NCBI GenBank assembly: GCA_037443035.1
Contig: JBBIPC010000001.1
Coordinates: 1-64,000, forward strand
Direction of reading: 5' to 3'
Length of the DNA: 64,000 bases
From: Chthonomonadales bacterium
GTDB taxonomy: Bacteria > Armatimonadota > Chthonomonadetes > Chthonomonadales > CAJBBX01
The notes below the pieces were generated by a model that saw only the letters and a program-made list of their open reading frames with translations, searched no databases and was not told the origin of the DNA. Of this stretch, positions 36,455-46,560 are shown piece after piece. Each line of letters begins with the position of its first letter. Within the stretch, counting starts at the first letter, position 1. The position numbers were made by a program, and so were the translations under genes.

Positions 36455-37846
36455 TCACTTGCCGACGCAGAACCGGCGGAACACCTCCCGGACGATGTCC
36501 TCGTTGGTTGTGGCACCGACCACCGTTGCCAATGCGTCGGCAGCCTCTCGCACATCATCGGCAGCCAGGACAGGTTCCTCGGCTGCTTCGAGGTGATCCA
36601 GTGCTGATAGCAGTGCGCGCTTGGCCAGATCCAACGCCTCCGCGTGCCTCTCGTGAACCACTACGTCAACGTCCGGCGAATCGCTGTCGCGGCTGATATG
36701 ATGGACCAACGCTTCTTCTAGGGCCGGGATGCCTGTGCCCGTCACGGCGCTAACGAGGAACACGGGTGTAGACCGAGTCGGCGACGGATAGCGGCTGGCC
36801 AGCCTCTCGACCAGCGACGGTGGCACAAGGTCCGACTTGTTCCAGACAATGGCTGCACACCGGTCGCTGGCAGCTTCGAATACCCGGCGATCGGCCTGGG
36901 TCCAGCGGCGCGCGGCATCGAATACGACGAGCACTGCATCCGCGCGGGCGGTGGCGTCCAATGCCCGTTCGATGCCCACTTGCTCCACCTCACCTCTGGG
37001 CCGGCGCAGACCTGCGGTATCGATGAGTGTAACCGGCAGTCCACCCAGACTGACGGTCTCTTCCACGATGTCGCGTGTCGTACCGGGAGTCGAGGCGACG
37101 ATGGCGCGATCGCGGCCAGCAAGAGCATTCAGCAGTGTAGACTTACCCACGTTAGGACGTCCAACGATCGCGATGCGGTAACCACTCCGGAGCACGCGAC
37201 CGAGCTTCACTGTCCGGAGCAGCGCCTCGATATCGGCCATGACGCTCCGCAGCGCCGCTGCCGCCGCATCCGTGTCGGGAGCATCATCTTCGGCATCGTA
37301 CTCCAGAGATGCCTCCAGAGTGGCATGTGCTCCCAAGAGGGTGGTCCGAAGGGACGCGATTCTGGCGGATAGGCATCCGTCCCGTTGTCGCAGAGCCGCG
37401 CGGAGGGCTCCCGCTGATCGCGCCTGAATGAGGTCCGCTACGGCTTCAGCTTGTGCCAGGTCCATGCGGCCGTTCAGGAATGCTCTGTAGGTGAACTCCC
37501 CCGGTTCTGCATGACGAGCACCCGCAGCAATGGTGGCAGAAAGCACGCTCGACAAGACGTAAGGCCCGCCGTGGCAAGAGAACTCCACAACGTCTTCCCC
37601 AGTGTAGGAACGAGGTCGGCGGAAGAGAAGCAGCAGCGCTTCATCCAGCGCCTCGCCGGTACGCGGGTCATGGATCACGCCGTGATAGATGCGATGGCTT
37701 TTCGCAGTGCGCGGGTCGAAGCGGCTGCCACGGAACAACGTGCCGGCGACGCGCAGCGCGTCAGGTCCGGATAGACGCACGATACCAATAGCCCCGGGCG
37801 CCGGGCCGGTGGCGATGGCGGCAATCGTGTCGCGGATGGAGGTCAC
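36455..37846 (-). CDS. mnmE: tRNA modification GTPase MnmE
   Basis: DTIAAIAT, SYTGEDVVEFSCHG, GRPNVGKS, GTTRD, C-terminal FCVGK. Confidence 0.97.
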   Translation of the reverse strand: MTSIRDTIAAIATGPAPGAIGIVRLSGPDALRVAGTLFRGSRFDPRTAKSHRIYHGVIHDPRTGEALDEALLLLFRRPRSYTGEDVVEFSCHGGPYVLSSVLSATIAAGARHAEPGEFTYRAFLNGRMDLAQAEAVADLIQARSAGALRAALRQRDGCLSARIASLRTTLLGAHATLEASLEYDAEDDAPDTDAAAAALRSVMADIEALLRTVKLGRVLRSGYRIAIVGRPNVGKSTLLNALAGRDRAIVASTPGTTRDIVEETVSLGGLPVTLIDTAGLRRPRGEVEQVGIERALDATARADAVLVVFDAARRWTQADRRVFEAASDRCAAIVWNKSDLVPPSLVERLASRYPSPTRSTPVFLVSAVTGTGIPALEEALVHHISRDSDSPDVDVVVHERHAEALDLAKRALLSALDHLEAAEEPVLAADDVREAADALATVVGATTNEDIVREVFRRFCVGK

Positions 37847-37850
37847 TTTC

Positions 37851-38741
37851 CTAGACGCGCCTTACAGCTCCTCCGGCCTCTTCCGACCTGCGGGCGGCGG
37901 TGATGAAGGCGATGATCTCGCGCGTCTCTGCAAGGTCCAGGGGCATGGATCGGGTGGAGAACATCTCCAGCACCACGCGCAGCATCTCACGATAGAACGC
38001 GGCACCGCGGATAACTGCGGCGTAATGGCCCTTCTCATAGTGAGCAGCGAAACCGAAACCACCCTCACCCTTACGAATGCCCCGGACGAAGCCGAGGCGA
38101 TCCTCCGGCCACATGCCAACGACCGCGTCATAGCCTGGTGTCGAGACGCAGCGCACTGCTCTGCATCCCGGTCCCATGAGGGCATAGAGCATCTCGACAC
38201 CATGGATCCCATAATGAAGCAGGCCAGGGTTGCCTGGGTGCTTGGAAGCTGAGGTCCACACATCGGCGCTGAGGATCGCACCATACTCTTTGACCAGGTC
38301 TCGGGCGCGCTGCACCTCAGGATCGTATCGCAATGCCGAACACGACATGAGCGGAGCCCGATGACGTTTGGCGAGGCTGATCATGGCATCGGCCTGCGCC
38401 ACGGTCTCCGCGAACGGCTTGTCCACGAACGTGGGCAACCCCGCTTCGAGGAAAGGAGTGGCGCGCTCCAAGTGACGGGAGCCCTGCTGCGACTCGATCA
38501 TGACAGCGTCAATTCGGCCAATCAGTGCTTCGGGTGTGGACACAAGCTCCACGCCGTATGATCGGAGCTGTTCTGCGTAGGGCTGGATGCGATCCGGCAT
38601 CATGCGCGAGTCCCCAGGACAACCGGCGACGACCCTCCCACCGTTGACGCGGTCCGCGGGCGGCACGTCAATGTGGTTGATGCGTTGTGTGAATGCAACT
38701 ACGTGGGACGTATCGAAGTCCACTAGACCGATGCGTATCAT
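37851..38741 (-). CDS. Gfo/Idh/MocA family oxidoreductase
   Basis: IGLVDFDTSH, FVDKPF, HYGIHGVE. Confidence 0.85.
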   Translation of the reverse strand: MIRIGLVDFDTSHVVAFTQRINHIDVPPADRVNGGRVVAGCPGDSRMMPDRIQPYAEQLRSYGVELVSTPEALIGRIDAVMIESQQGSRHLERATPFLEAGLPTFVDKPFAETVAQADAMISLAKRHRAPLMSCSALRYDPEVQRARDLVKEYGAILSADVWTSASKHPGNPGLLHYGIHGVEMLYALMGPGCRAVRCVSTPGYDAVVGMWPEDRLGFVRGIRKGEGGFGFAAHYEKGHYAAVIRGAAFYREMLRVVLEMFSTRSMPLDLAETREIIAFITAARRSEEAGGAVRRV

Positions 38742-40990
38742 GTTCCTGGCTCCCGTCGGCGATGGTCGACGCTCGATGGGCTGGCTCCAGACGTCGCAGG
38801 CTTCAGTTTGGCCAGCGATAGCAGGAGCCGTTTGACGCCGTTAGCTGGAAACGCGACCGCCACCTCCCAGTCGTTTCCGGAGGGTTTCATGCTTACAACG
38901 ACACCCTGGCCAAATGAATCGTGCCGGACTCTGTCCCCAGGCTTGAACGGTGCGCCGGCAGAAATCGTCGGCAGCCCCACGGGTGATTGCGTCTGCCATG
39001 CGGTCTGCGGCTCGAGGCGGGGTGCCGACGCACGGGAGCCGGTAGAGGCGCGGGGACTCGGAAGCAGACCCATCTCGGAGATGAACCGTGAAGGCTTGTT
39101 GTTCGTCGCCACACCAAACAGGCTACGCCTATAGACATGCGTCACGATGAGCTCTTGTCTGGCACGCGTGATGCCGACATAGCAGAGACGCCGCTCCTCT
39201 TCTGTATCGCGCTCATTCTCCAGCGCTCGGACGTGCGGGAAGAGGCCCTCTTCCATGCCTACCAGGAAGACGATGCCGAACTCCAGGCCCTTGCTGGCGT
39301 GGAGAGTCATGAGCGTCACGGCGTTCTGGCTGAGATCTTGATCGTCCAGATCCGAGACGAGTGCGACTTGCTCGAGAAACCGGGCGAGCGAGCGGTCGTC
39401 TTCCTCACTTTCGTCGAATCGCTGGACGACCGTGAGCAACTCCTGTACATTCTCGATGCGATCCCGGTCCTCGAGAGTACTCCGTGCAGCCAGGTCCGCA
39501 ATGTAGCCGGTGCGTTCTATAACCTCCCGCGTAAGATCCGAGACGCTGAGTCGAGCCGCGAGACCGTGGAGATCCCGGATCAGCTCCGCAAACTCGGCCA
39601 GCGCCTTGCGCGCACGTGCGGTGAGGGCATTCACGTTGGGCGGCGCAGCGACGACATCCCAGAGGGTGGCTCCAGCCTCGTCCGCCTGACGTTCCAAGTG
39701 CGCCAGCGACGTAGCGCCGATCCCGCGTGCTGGCACGTTGATGATTCGCTTGAGGCTTACGGTGTCCTGAGGATTGCGTGCCACACGGAGGTAGGCGAGG
39801 ATGTCTTTGACCTCTTTGCGCTGGTAGAACGGGCGAGCGCCTACGAGGCGGTGCGGCACGCGGAAGTTCGTGAAGACCTCTTCGAATGCTCGCGACTGTG
39901 CGTTGGTGCGATAGAGGACAGCGAAGTCGCCATAGCGCCGGTCGCCACGCAGGACCTCGTGCTGTATGCGCTGCGTAACGAAGATGGCTTCTTCCTGTTC
40001 GTTGGGAAGTTCGTACAGCTCGATAGGACGACCCGGATCGTTGTCTGTCCAGAGACGCTTGCTCTTGCGCGTGCGGTTATTGGAGACGACGTTATGTGCT
40101 GCCTGCAGGATGGCGCGAGTCGAACGGTAGTTCTGCTCGAGTTTGATCACATGCGCGTCCGGGTAGTCGTGTTCGAAGCGGAGCATCAGGTCCACGTCGG
40201 CGCCTCGGAACGCGTAGATGGACTGGTCATCGTCACCGACGACGCACACGTTGCGATGCTTGCCTCCGAGCAAGTTGACGAGGACATACTGGGCGTAATT
40301 GATATCCTGGTACTCGTCCACGAGGATGTGTTGGAAGCGGTTCTGGTACCGCTGAAGTACTGTCTCGTGCTGCCTGAGCATCGTCACCGCGTGCATGAGC
40401 AGGTCATCGAAGTCCAGAGCATTGTTCAGGCGCAAGTGTTCCTCATACTTCTCGTACACCCGCGCACACAGCCGCTCGTAGTACGCCTGTGCGGTGCGGG
40501 CGTACTCCGCGGCGTCAATCAGCCGCTCCTTGGCCTTGCTGATCTGCGTGAGGATGCCGCGTGGTTGGTACCGCTCGGCATCGATATTGAGCGCCCGCAT
40601 CGTGTCCCGTACTACGGTGATCTGATCGGCATCGTCGTAGATCAAGAAGTCACCGGGTATCCCGATTTCAGGCCCAGATTCGCGCAGCATGCGGGCGCAG
40701 CAAGCATGGAACGTGCCTATCCATAGTCCTCGACAGGAGCGGTGGATCAGTCGCTCCGTTCGCTCCCGCATCTCATTGGCGGCCTTGTTCGTGAAAGTCA
40801 CGGCGAGGATGTGGTGCGGAGAGACACCGCGTTCCGCGATGAGGTAGGCAATGCGATGCGTTAGGACCCGCGTCTTACCGGAACCTGCACCGGCGAAGAC
40901 GAGGAGGGGGCCTCCGGGATGGGTCACAGCCTCGCGCTGAGCTGGATTCAGGCCGTCGAGCAGGGCTTGTGCGTCTGGGGAACTATGCAT
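38738..40990 (-). CDS. pcrA: ATP-dependent DNA helicase PcrA/UvrD
   Basis: LNPAQ, AGAGSGKT, VDEYQD, GDDDQSIY, LEQNYRS, KGLEF, EEERRLCYVGITRA, C-terminal Tudor-like GDRVRH. Confidence 0.96.
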   Translation of the reverse strand: MHSSPDAQALLDGLNPAQREAVTHPGGPLLVFAGAGSGKTRVLTHRIAYLIAERGVSPHHILAVTFTNKAANEMRERTERLIHRSCRGLWIGTFHACCARMLRESGPEIGIPGDFLIYDDADQITVVRDTMRALNIDAERYQPRGILTQISKAKERLIDAAEYARTAQAYYERLCARVYEKYEEHLRLNNALDFDDLLMHAVTMLRQHETVLQRYQNRFQHILVDEYQDINYAQYVLVNLLGGKHRNVCVVGDDDQSIYAFRGADVDLMLRFEHDYPDAHVIKLEQNYRSTRAILQAAHNVVSNNRTRKSKRLWTDNDPGRPIELYELPNEQEEAIFVTQRIQHEVLRGDRRYGDFAVLYRTNAQSRAFEEVFTNFRVPHRLVGARPFYQRKEVKDILAYLRVARNPQDTVSLKRIINVPARGIGATSLAHLERQADEAGATLWDVVAAPPNVNALTARARKALAEFAELIRDLHGLAARLSVSDLTREVIERTGYIADLAARSTLEDRDRIENVQELLTVVQRFDESEEDDRSLARFLEQVALVSDLDDQDLSQNAVTLMTLHASKGLEFGIVFLVGMEEGLFPHVRALENERDTEEERRLCYVGITRARQELIVTHVYRRSLFGVATNNKPSRFISEMGLLPSPRASTGSRASAPRLEPQTAWQTQSPVGLPTISAGAPFKPGDRVRHDSFGQGVVVSMKPSGNDWEVAVAFPANGVKRLLLSLAKLKPATSGASPSSVDHRRREPGT

Positions 40991-41102
40991 GGGACATTAT
41001 AGCCGCCCGCAAGGCAGCGGACCATCGGCTGCGAAGCCGAAGACCGCGGGGCAAGGTAAGCTAGAGGTATCCAGAATCGTGGCTAGACCAGAGTGCAATA
41101 GG

Positions 41103-42461
41103 ATGCGCAAGGACCCCACAAAGACCGACCAGATGCTCGACGAGCTTCGTAGGTACGTCGTCGCCGACCCCCATCCATTCGTTGTCGATCTCGAAGCGAG
41201 CGCAGGTGCGTGGCTTGCGACAGTAGACGGCAGGCGACTGCTGGATTTCGCTGGTTACTACGGCTCGAAGCTCATCGGTCACAACCATCCGCGGTTGAGC
41301 GAGCCAGACTACGTGTGTCGCTTGGTCAGGGCCGCGAACAACAAGGTGGCCAATCCGGACTTCTTGACGGAGGAGTGCCTCGAGTACTACCGGGAGATAT
41401 ACGGGATTGCCCCCTGCTGCATGAAGAACCCGAGGCTCGAGGTCTACGCCGTGAACTCGGGGGCCGAGGCGGTGGAGAACATGATGAAGTACCTCATCAA
41501 TCTTCACCTGCAGAAGTTCCCCAACGTACCCAGGGAGGAAGTGCGAAGGCGGTTCATCTACTTCGACCAGGCGTTTCACGGCAGAACGGTGTTCGCACTG
41601 GGTGTCACTGGGCTTTCTGCGGATCCTGTGATCACTCGGGATTTCCGAGGCTTCGATCACGGAAACATCCGCGTGGATTTCCCGGCGGTCAACACAGACG
41701 AGCCAGCTGCTGCCAATCGCGCGCAAACGATCCGAGCATTGAACGAGGTCGAGGAGCATCTCAGGAGCGATCGCGACGGCATCGTGGGGATCATTGTGGA
41801 GCCGCTTCAGGGAGCCGGCGGGCACCGTGTTGCAGAGCCGGAGTTCTACCGCGGTCTCAGCAGACTGGCTCACGATTACAACGTATTCCTTGGCTTCGAC
41901 GAAGTGCAGACTGCCGGAGGACAGACTGGTTCGTTCTTTCTCATTGACCAGTTCGAGCTTCCGTACCCGCCCCAAGCAGTTGCCTCGGCGAAAAAGCTTG
42001 CCTGCGGCGTAGTCTATATGCTCTATCCCATGGACGATCGTGGAGTACTCGACTCCACGTGGGGAGGTGCCTTGGCGGACATGGTGCGATTTGTCCAGGA
42101 GCTGAAGATCGTCCGCGACGAACGGCTTCTCGAACAGGTGCCGCAGAAGGCCGCGCAGATGGTCAACGTACTGAAGCACTTGCAGCGGAGGTACAGCGAC
42201 CTCATCTACAACATACGCGGCGCAGGGCTGTATCAGGGCTTCAGTATGCGACGACGGCCGGACGACGCGCGGGCACTCGTGTCCATTGCCAGAGATCGCG
42301 CCGATCTGCTGCTGCTGAAGGCCGGGCACGACAGCATACGACTGCGTCCCATGCTCGACGTAACTCCAGAGGACATCGAGGAGCTAGGAGCGAGACTCGA
42401 CAAGGCGCTGCAGCTACTGAGGGACGAGCACCGAGTTGTCGCGGAAGGATGTCGGCCATGA
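41103..42461 (+). CDS. Class III PLP aminotransferase, L-lysine 6-transaminase-like
   Basis: NSGAEAVEN, AFHGRT, EPLQGAGG, FDEVQT, AKK, DSTWGG, NNKVANPD. Confidence 0.8.
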   Translation: MRKDPTKTDQMLDELRRYVVADPHPFVVDLEASAGAWLATVDGRRLLDFAGYYGSKLIGHNHPRLSEPDYVCRLVRAANNKVANPDFLTEECLEYYREIYGIAPCCMKNPRLEVYAVNSGAEAVENMMKYLINLHLQKFPNVPREEVRRRFIYFDQAFHGRTVFALGVTGLSADPVITRDFRGFDHGNIRVDFPAVNTDEPAAANRAQTIRALNEVEEHLRSDRDGIVGIIVEPLQGAGGHRVAEPEFYRGLSRLAHDYNVFLGFDEVQTAGGQTGSFFLIDQFELPYPPQAVASAKKLACGVVYMLYPMDDRGVLDSTWGGALADMVRFVQELKIVRDERLLEQVPQKAAQMVNVLKHLQRRYSDLIYNIRGAGLYQGFSMRRRPDDARALVSIARDRADLLLLKAGHDSIRLRPMLDVTPEDIEELGARLDKALQLLRDEHRVVAEGCRP

Positions 42462-43897
42462 CGGGTACGTGGCTCACTCTGTCTCAGTTGAACGCCCTCA
42501 TCCGTGGTGTGATGGACGAATGGGCAGAGGAGCGTGGGGATCTGCTCGTCGTTGCCGAGATCTCAGAGATCCGACGCGGCCCGACAGGACACTGGTACCT
42601 GAAGCTCGTCGAGCGCAGAGAGGAGGGTATCGTTGCTGCGCTTGACGCGGTGATCTGGGCAGGCGCCGCACGTACGGTGGAGGAGTTTCGCAAGGTGACC
42701 GGCACGCCGCTGTCTCAAGGCATGGAGGTCCTCTTCCGCGGACGGGTTACGTTCCACGAGCGCTACGGCCTCAAGCTCGAGATACGAGCCATTGACCCAA
42801 CCTACAGCCTGGGCGAGATGCAGCGGCAGCGGCGCGAAGTGATCGCGAGGTTGACGCGGGAAGGACTCATGGACCGGAACAAGCGGCTGCCGTTCCCTCT
42901 CGTTCCTCAGCGCATCGGGATCGTCGCATCGCTGGAATCGGCTGGTTACCAGGATTTTGTGGACCAGCTTCGCAAGAACCCGTACGGCTATGGTTTCCTG
43001 CATCAGGCGTTCCCAGCAGTGATGCAGGGTGACGGAGCCGAGAGCTCTGTCTCTGATGCACTTGCACGAGTGGGGGCCGAGTACCGACGCTATGATGTGG
43101 TGGTGCTGATACGCGGCGGCGGCAGCCAGGTGGACCTGAGCTGCTTCGACACCTATGGAGTGGGCGCAGCGATTGCCAAGTGCCCTTTGCCTGTCATCAC
43201 CGGAATCGGCCACGAACGGGACGAAACGGTGGCGGACATGGCGGCTCATACGAGGGCGAAGACGCCGACGGCTGCAGCCGAGGTAATCGTGGCTGCCATG
43301 CGGAAGTACGAAGAGCGCATCGAGGATTGCGCGGCGCGGATGGCAGTCAGCGCACGCTCCATGCTCGGACCTTTGCTGCCGGAGCTGGCCGATCTACGTG
43401 CCAGGTTGACGGCTGGGGCAAGACGCTCATCCATCGAGGAACGCGATCGTCTCAGCAATGCCGTGGCAGCTCTGGCCGCGAAGACACTCGCAGACTTGCG
43501 TTCTCATTCGAACCTGCTCGAAGTACTTCTCCGACGTCTGTGGCAAGGATCGTCCGGGTCATTAGCGGCGGCCTCGAGCGGCCTGGAAGGTGCCGCTGTA
43601 CGGTTTCGCCTTGGGGCGCGAAGTGCTCAAGAGTCACTGAGCGCACGGCTGGAGGCTTACTCGCGAGACCTCAGGCACCTGGATCCACAACAGGTCTTGG
43701 CTCGCGGATTCAGCATCACGCGATACGGGGGACAGGCTGTGCGTCATGCAACTCAGGTACCAGTGGCCGCAGTGTTGGAAACGACACTTGCCCACGGCAA
43801 GATATGGAGCCTGGTGCAGAACAAGGAGGATCCATGTGAAGAAGGAAGGCTTGACATACGCAAAGGCGATGGAACGGCTGGAGGAGATAGTGCATAA
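42458..43897 (+). CDS. xseA: Exodeoxyribonuclease VII large subunit
   Basis: EISE...GHWYL, IRGGGS..DL, VITGIGHERD, KTPTAAAE, VLARGFS. Confidence 0.94.
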   Translation: MTGTWLTLSQLNALIRGVMDEWAEERGDLLVVAEISEIRRGPTGHWYLKLVERREEGIVAALDAVIWAGAARTVEEFRKVTGTPLSQGMEVLFRGRVTFHERYGLKLEIRAIDPTYSLGEMQRQRREVIARLTREGLMDRNKRLPFPLVPQRIGIVASLESAGYQDFVDQLRKNPYGYGFLHQAFPAVMQGDGAESSVSDALARVGAEYRRYDVVVLIRGGGSQVDLSCFDTYGVGAAIAKCPLPVITGIGHERDETVADMAAHTRAKTPTAAAEVIVAAMRKYEERIEDCAARMAVSARSMLGPLLPELADLRARLTAGARRSSIEERDRLSNAVAALAAKTLADLRSHSNLLEVLLRRLWQGSSGSLAAASSGLEGAAVRFRLGARSAQESLSARLEAYSRDLRHLDPQQVLARGFSITRYGGQAVRHATQVPVAAVLETTLAHGKIWSLVQNKEDPCEEGRLDIRKGDGTAGGDSA

Positions 43898-44159
43898 GCT
43901 TGAAGCTGGTGAGACGAGCGTGGACGATCTAGCAACAGCGGTCAAGGAGGGGGTGGAGCTGGTCACCTGGTGTCGTCGGAAGCTGAAGACCGCACAAGAG
44001 GAGGTCGAGTCGGCTCTGACCACTCTAGAAGCACCGGCAGAGGAATCCAGCTCGGACAAGCCGCAAGGGACTGCCAAACGCCGCCCATCTTCGACCGCGG
44101 AACCCGATTCTGTTGGGCTTTTCGTCGATGCGGCCGATAACGCAGAGATCGATTCCTAG
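43836..44159 (+). CDS. xseB: Exodeoxyribonuclease VII small subunit
   Basis: YAKAMERLEEIVHKLE...EGVEL...C...L..A; AGGAGG upstream of GTG 43836. Confidence 0.92.
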   Translation: MKKEGLTYAKAMERLEEIVHKLEAGETSVDDLATAVKEGVELVTWCRRKLKTAQEEVESALTTLEAPAEESSSDKPQGTAKRRPSSTAEPDSVGLFVDAADNAEIDS

Positions 44160-44184
44160 TGGCTCGCATCGCTCCGACCGTCAG

Positions 44185-44257
44185 TGGGCGAGGAGGGACT
44201 CGAACCCCCGGCCTATTCCGTGTAAAGGAAGCGCTCTGCCAACTGAGCTACTCGCCC
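44185..44257 (-). tRNA. tRNA-Val (TAC)
   Basis: GGGCGAGTAGCTCAGTTGGCAGAGCGCTTCCTTTACACGGAATAGGCCGGGGGTTCGAGTCCCTCCTCGCCCA; CCA not encoded. Confidence 0.95.
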
Positions 44258-44307
44258 CCATCCCAACACACGCGAGTATAGACTGCACCACCATGGTAAG
44301 TCAACGG

Positions 44308-44757
44308 ATGTGGCGCGTCGTACGTGCGGCAAGCTTTGAGGACATCGCTGACTGTATGCGCGTCCGGCTTTGGGTCTTCGTGGGCGAACAAGAGGTGCCG
44401 CTGGAAGACGAAGTGGACGACGATGACGCGATCGCCATACACTACCTTGTGCGAGACCGGAACATTCCTGTGGGCACGGCGCGCCTCGTGCCGAAGGGGA
44501 GCTTCGCGAAGATTGGACGTCTGGCGGTCTTGCGACCACATCGCTGTTGTGGCGTGGGGTCGGCAATCATGGCTTACATTCTAGCAACGGATGGCCGGGC
44601 CTACGAGCGACTCATCCTGGATGCCCAGCTTCACGCGATTCCGTTCTACGAGCGGTGGGGTTTTCGAGCCGAAGGGGAAACGTTCATGGATGCAGGCATC
44701 CCTCACCGACGTATGCACTTGCTGAACTCAGACGTGCAGGGGGGCACGTTACGTTAG
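44308..44757 (+). CDS. GNAT acetyltransferase (ElaA/YjcF-like)
   Basis: VFVGEQEVP, GTARL, KIGRLAV, LDAQ, FMDAGIPH. Start uncertain (44293 or 44308). Confidence 0.88.
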   Translation: MWRVVRAASFEDIADCMRVRLWVFVGEQEVPLEDEVDDDDAIAIHYLVRDRNIPVGTARLVPKGSFAKIGRLAVLRPHRCCGVGSAIMAYILATDGRAYERLILDAQLHAIPFYERWGFRAEGETFMDAGIPHRRMHLLNSDVQGGTLR

Positions 44758-44767
44758 CGTGCCCCCC
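44739..44767. terminator. GC-rich hairpin between convergent genes
   Basis: GGGGGGCACG...CGTGCCCCCC 10-bp perfect stem spanning the GNAT stop codon; no clear U tract. Confidence 0.55.
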
Positions 44768-44803
44768 AATGTGCCTAGTTGCGCAGCCGGTCCCGCATAG
44801 CCG

Positions 44804-46471
44804 CTACAGCCGTTCTGGTGCGGTGTCCACCTGTGTGATGGTCCAGTATCGCCCAATGCGCTCCAGAGCGAAGCTGAGATAGACCGTGTGCGTCTCGCCG
44901 TCCCTTCCACGATAGACGTGTTTCGCCGACAAAGTGTATGCGTTGTAGGCTCGGCGCTTGACGCGGAACACGTCGAAGCGGATGGTATCGGTGCTGAGCA
45001 TGAAGTCCCTCGTCATGTCCAGATAGTCGTTGGGTTTGAGGGAATACTGGTAGCGGCCCTGCGTGAAGACGGCGACTTCCGTATTAGGGTCGGTTAGGTA
45101 GGTCAGCTTCTCGATGTCGGAATAGCGGAAAGCGTCCTCCAGGTCCTCGACAGCCTGGCGTACCGAACTATCCAGAGTTCGATCATCACGCCACCAGACG
45201 GAGTTCAGATAGTAGTCGTCATCCGCGTAGCCGCGGTACACGCCTCCAATGTAGACCGGCACCTCGATGTAGACTACGCGGGGTGCTCGGTAGAAGACGT
45301 ACCTGCGGTAGAGATAGCCAGGGACCACGCCGAAGTAGAAGTGGTATGGCGATACCACTACATCCACGCCCCAGTACGTCGGGCTGTAGTAGGGGTAATG
45401 GCAGTACTGCCGTGGGAAGTACACGGACAGATGGGTGTCGTGGAACCGGTATGCCGGTCGGAGTACAATCCCGCGCTCGTAACGGCGGCCTTCACCGGAA
45501 CGGGTGAAGATATCCCGCGCACGGTCGTGATAGGGACGAGGATTGTAGGACCGGATGCTGTCTGGAGCGCGGGAGCTGCCATCGCCGCGCACGTTCTCGC
45601 CTCTGGAGCCACGGCCAGGGCGCGTCATACTGTCGCCCTGACGCTCTCTGCCCATGCGATCCCTTCCCTGCTGTGTATCGCGCACGGGTCCGGTGCTCCC
45701 ACGGTCATCGCTGCGAGACCGGTCTCGCCGACCACGATCCAACACTCCGCCGTCACCCAAGCGTGCATCGGACCTGTCCCGGTCCGCGAAGCGTCCGTTG
45801 GATTCTTGGCCACGGTTCGCTCGGTCGTCGCGTACAGGAGATCCGTCCGGCCGTGGTGCTCGATCAATGCCGTCCCGACGATCCCGGTCTCGGGCGCCGT
45901 CCGAAGACCAACCGGGCCTTCTGTCCGAGCTGCGATCTGCAGTCTGGGTGTCGCCCCCCCGAGGTCGCCGATCGAAGATCCATGAACCGTCCGTTCTGCC
46001 GACACGATCGTTGGTGGGTGCTGTCTCACCGCGTGTCCCTCGGTCGAGAGATGGTGGATTGTCCCGTCTCGGTCCTCGGTCTAACACCGGTGGGCTTTCC
46101 CGCCTTGGCTCGTCTCGGTTCACGACGGGTGGGTTATCCCGCCTGGGACCACGCTCGATCGCAGGCGAGCTGTCACGGCGCGGTGCACGATCGATCGCTG
46201 GTGGATTATCACGCCTTGGAGCTGGATCCGCAGTTCTGCCTGAGTCTCGCGGGGCGTCCGAAATTCGGTCGCGACGCTCCGGCCCACTGATCCTAGGAGG
46301 CGTCGAATCCCGGCGAGGAGCGTTTCCGTCTCTCCTGGGGCCAGCTCCACGCTCGGGCGGTCGCCGATCCTGAGCGGCGGAAACTGTCGGTGTAGCGAGT
46401 GGTGTCAGGGCCGCAAGCGCCCCGAGCGCCCAGAGAAGGAACTCCCATCGGATGCAACGTGTTACCTTCAT
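44804..46471 (-). CDS. Secreted protein with Arg/Asp-rich low-complexity repeats, Tyr-rich linker and NTF2-like C-terminus
   Basis: Signal-peptide-like N-terminus (GGAGG upstream), repeated PRRDNPP.xDR, C-terminal alpha+beta domain. Confidence 0.7.
   Translation of the reverse strand: MKVTRCIRWEFLLWALGALAALTPLATPTVSAAQDRRPPERGAGPRRDGNAPRRDSTPPRISGPERRDRISDAPRDSGRTADPAPRRDNPPAIDRAPRRDSSPAIERGPRRDNPPVVNRDEPRRESPPVLDRGPRRDNPPSLDRGTRGETAPTNDRVGRTDGSWIFDRRPRGGDTQTADRSSDRRPGWSSDGARDRDRRDGIDRAPRPDGSPVRDDRANRGQESNGRFADRDRSDARLGDGGVLDRGRRDRSRSDDRGSTGPVRDTQQGRDRMGRERQGDSMTRPGRGSRGENVRGDGSSRAPDSIRSYNPRPYHDRARDIFTRSGEGRRYERGIVLRPAYRFHDTHLSVYFPRQYCHYPYYSPTYWGVDVVVSPYHFYFGVVPGYLYRRYVFYRAPRVVYIEVPVYIGGVYRGYADDDYYLNSVWWRDDRTLDSSVRQAVEDLEDAFRYSDIEKLTYLTDPNTEVAVFTQGRYQYSLKPNDYLDMTRDFMLSTDTIRFDVFRVKRRAYNAYTLSAKHVYRGRDGETHTVYLSFALERIGRYWTITQVDTAPERL
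46004..46222 (-). repeat. About six imperfect 36-39 bp (12-13 aa) coding tandem repeats
   Basis: APRRDNPPAIDR APRRDSSPAIER GPRRDNPPVVNRD EPRRESPPVLDR GPRRDNPPSLDR GTRGETAPTNDR. Confidence 0.8.
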
Positions 46472-46560
46472 TGTCCCTTCCTCCTTCCAGGGTACTTGCT
46501 GCTGTGTCGGCTGTACCCTCACACTTCGAATACGCAACGTGACCTCCGACGTGACACACT

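Noticed and set aside
39137..40726. 529-aa ORF antisense to pcrA (similar long antisense ORFs lie over nuoG, the aminotransferase and citrate synthase)
   Set aside because: Shadow ORFs are expected in GC-rich coding DNA and these show no recognisable motifs.
42059..42457. Long N-terminal extension on XseA (also those on FtsY, NuoM, NuoJ and Ggt in the ORF track)
   Set aside because: These are upstream in-frame starts, mostly overlapping neighbouring genes; homology and RBS support the later starts.
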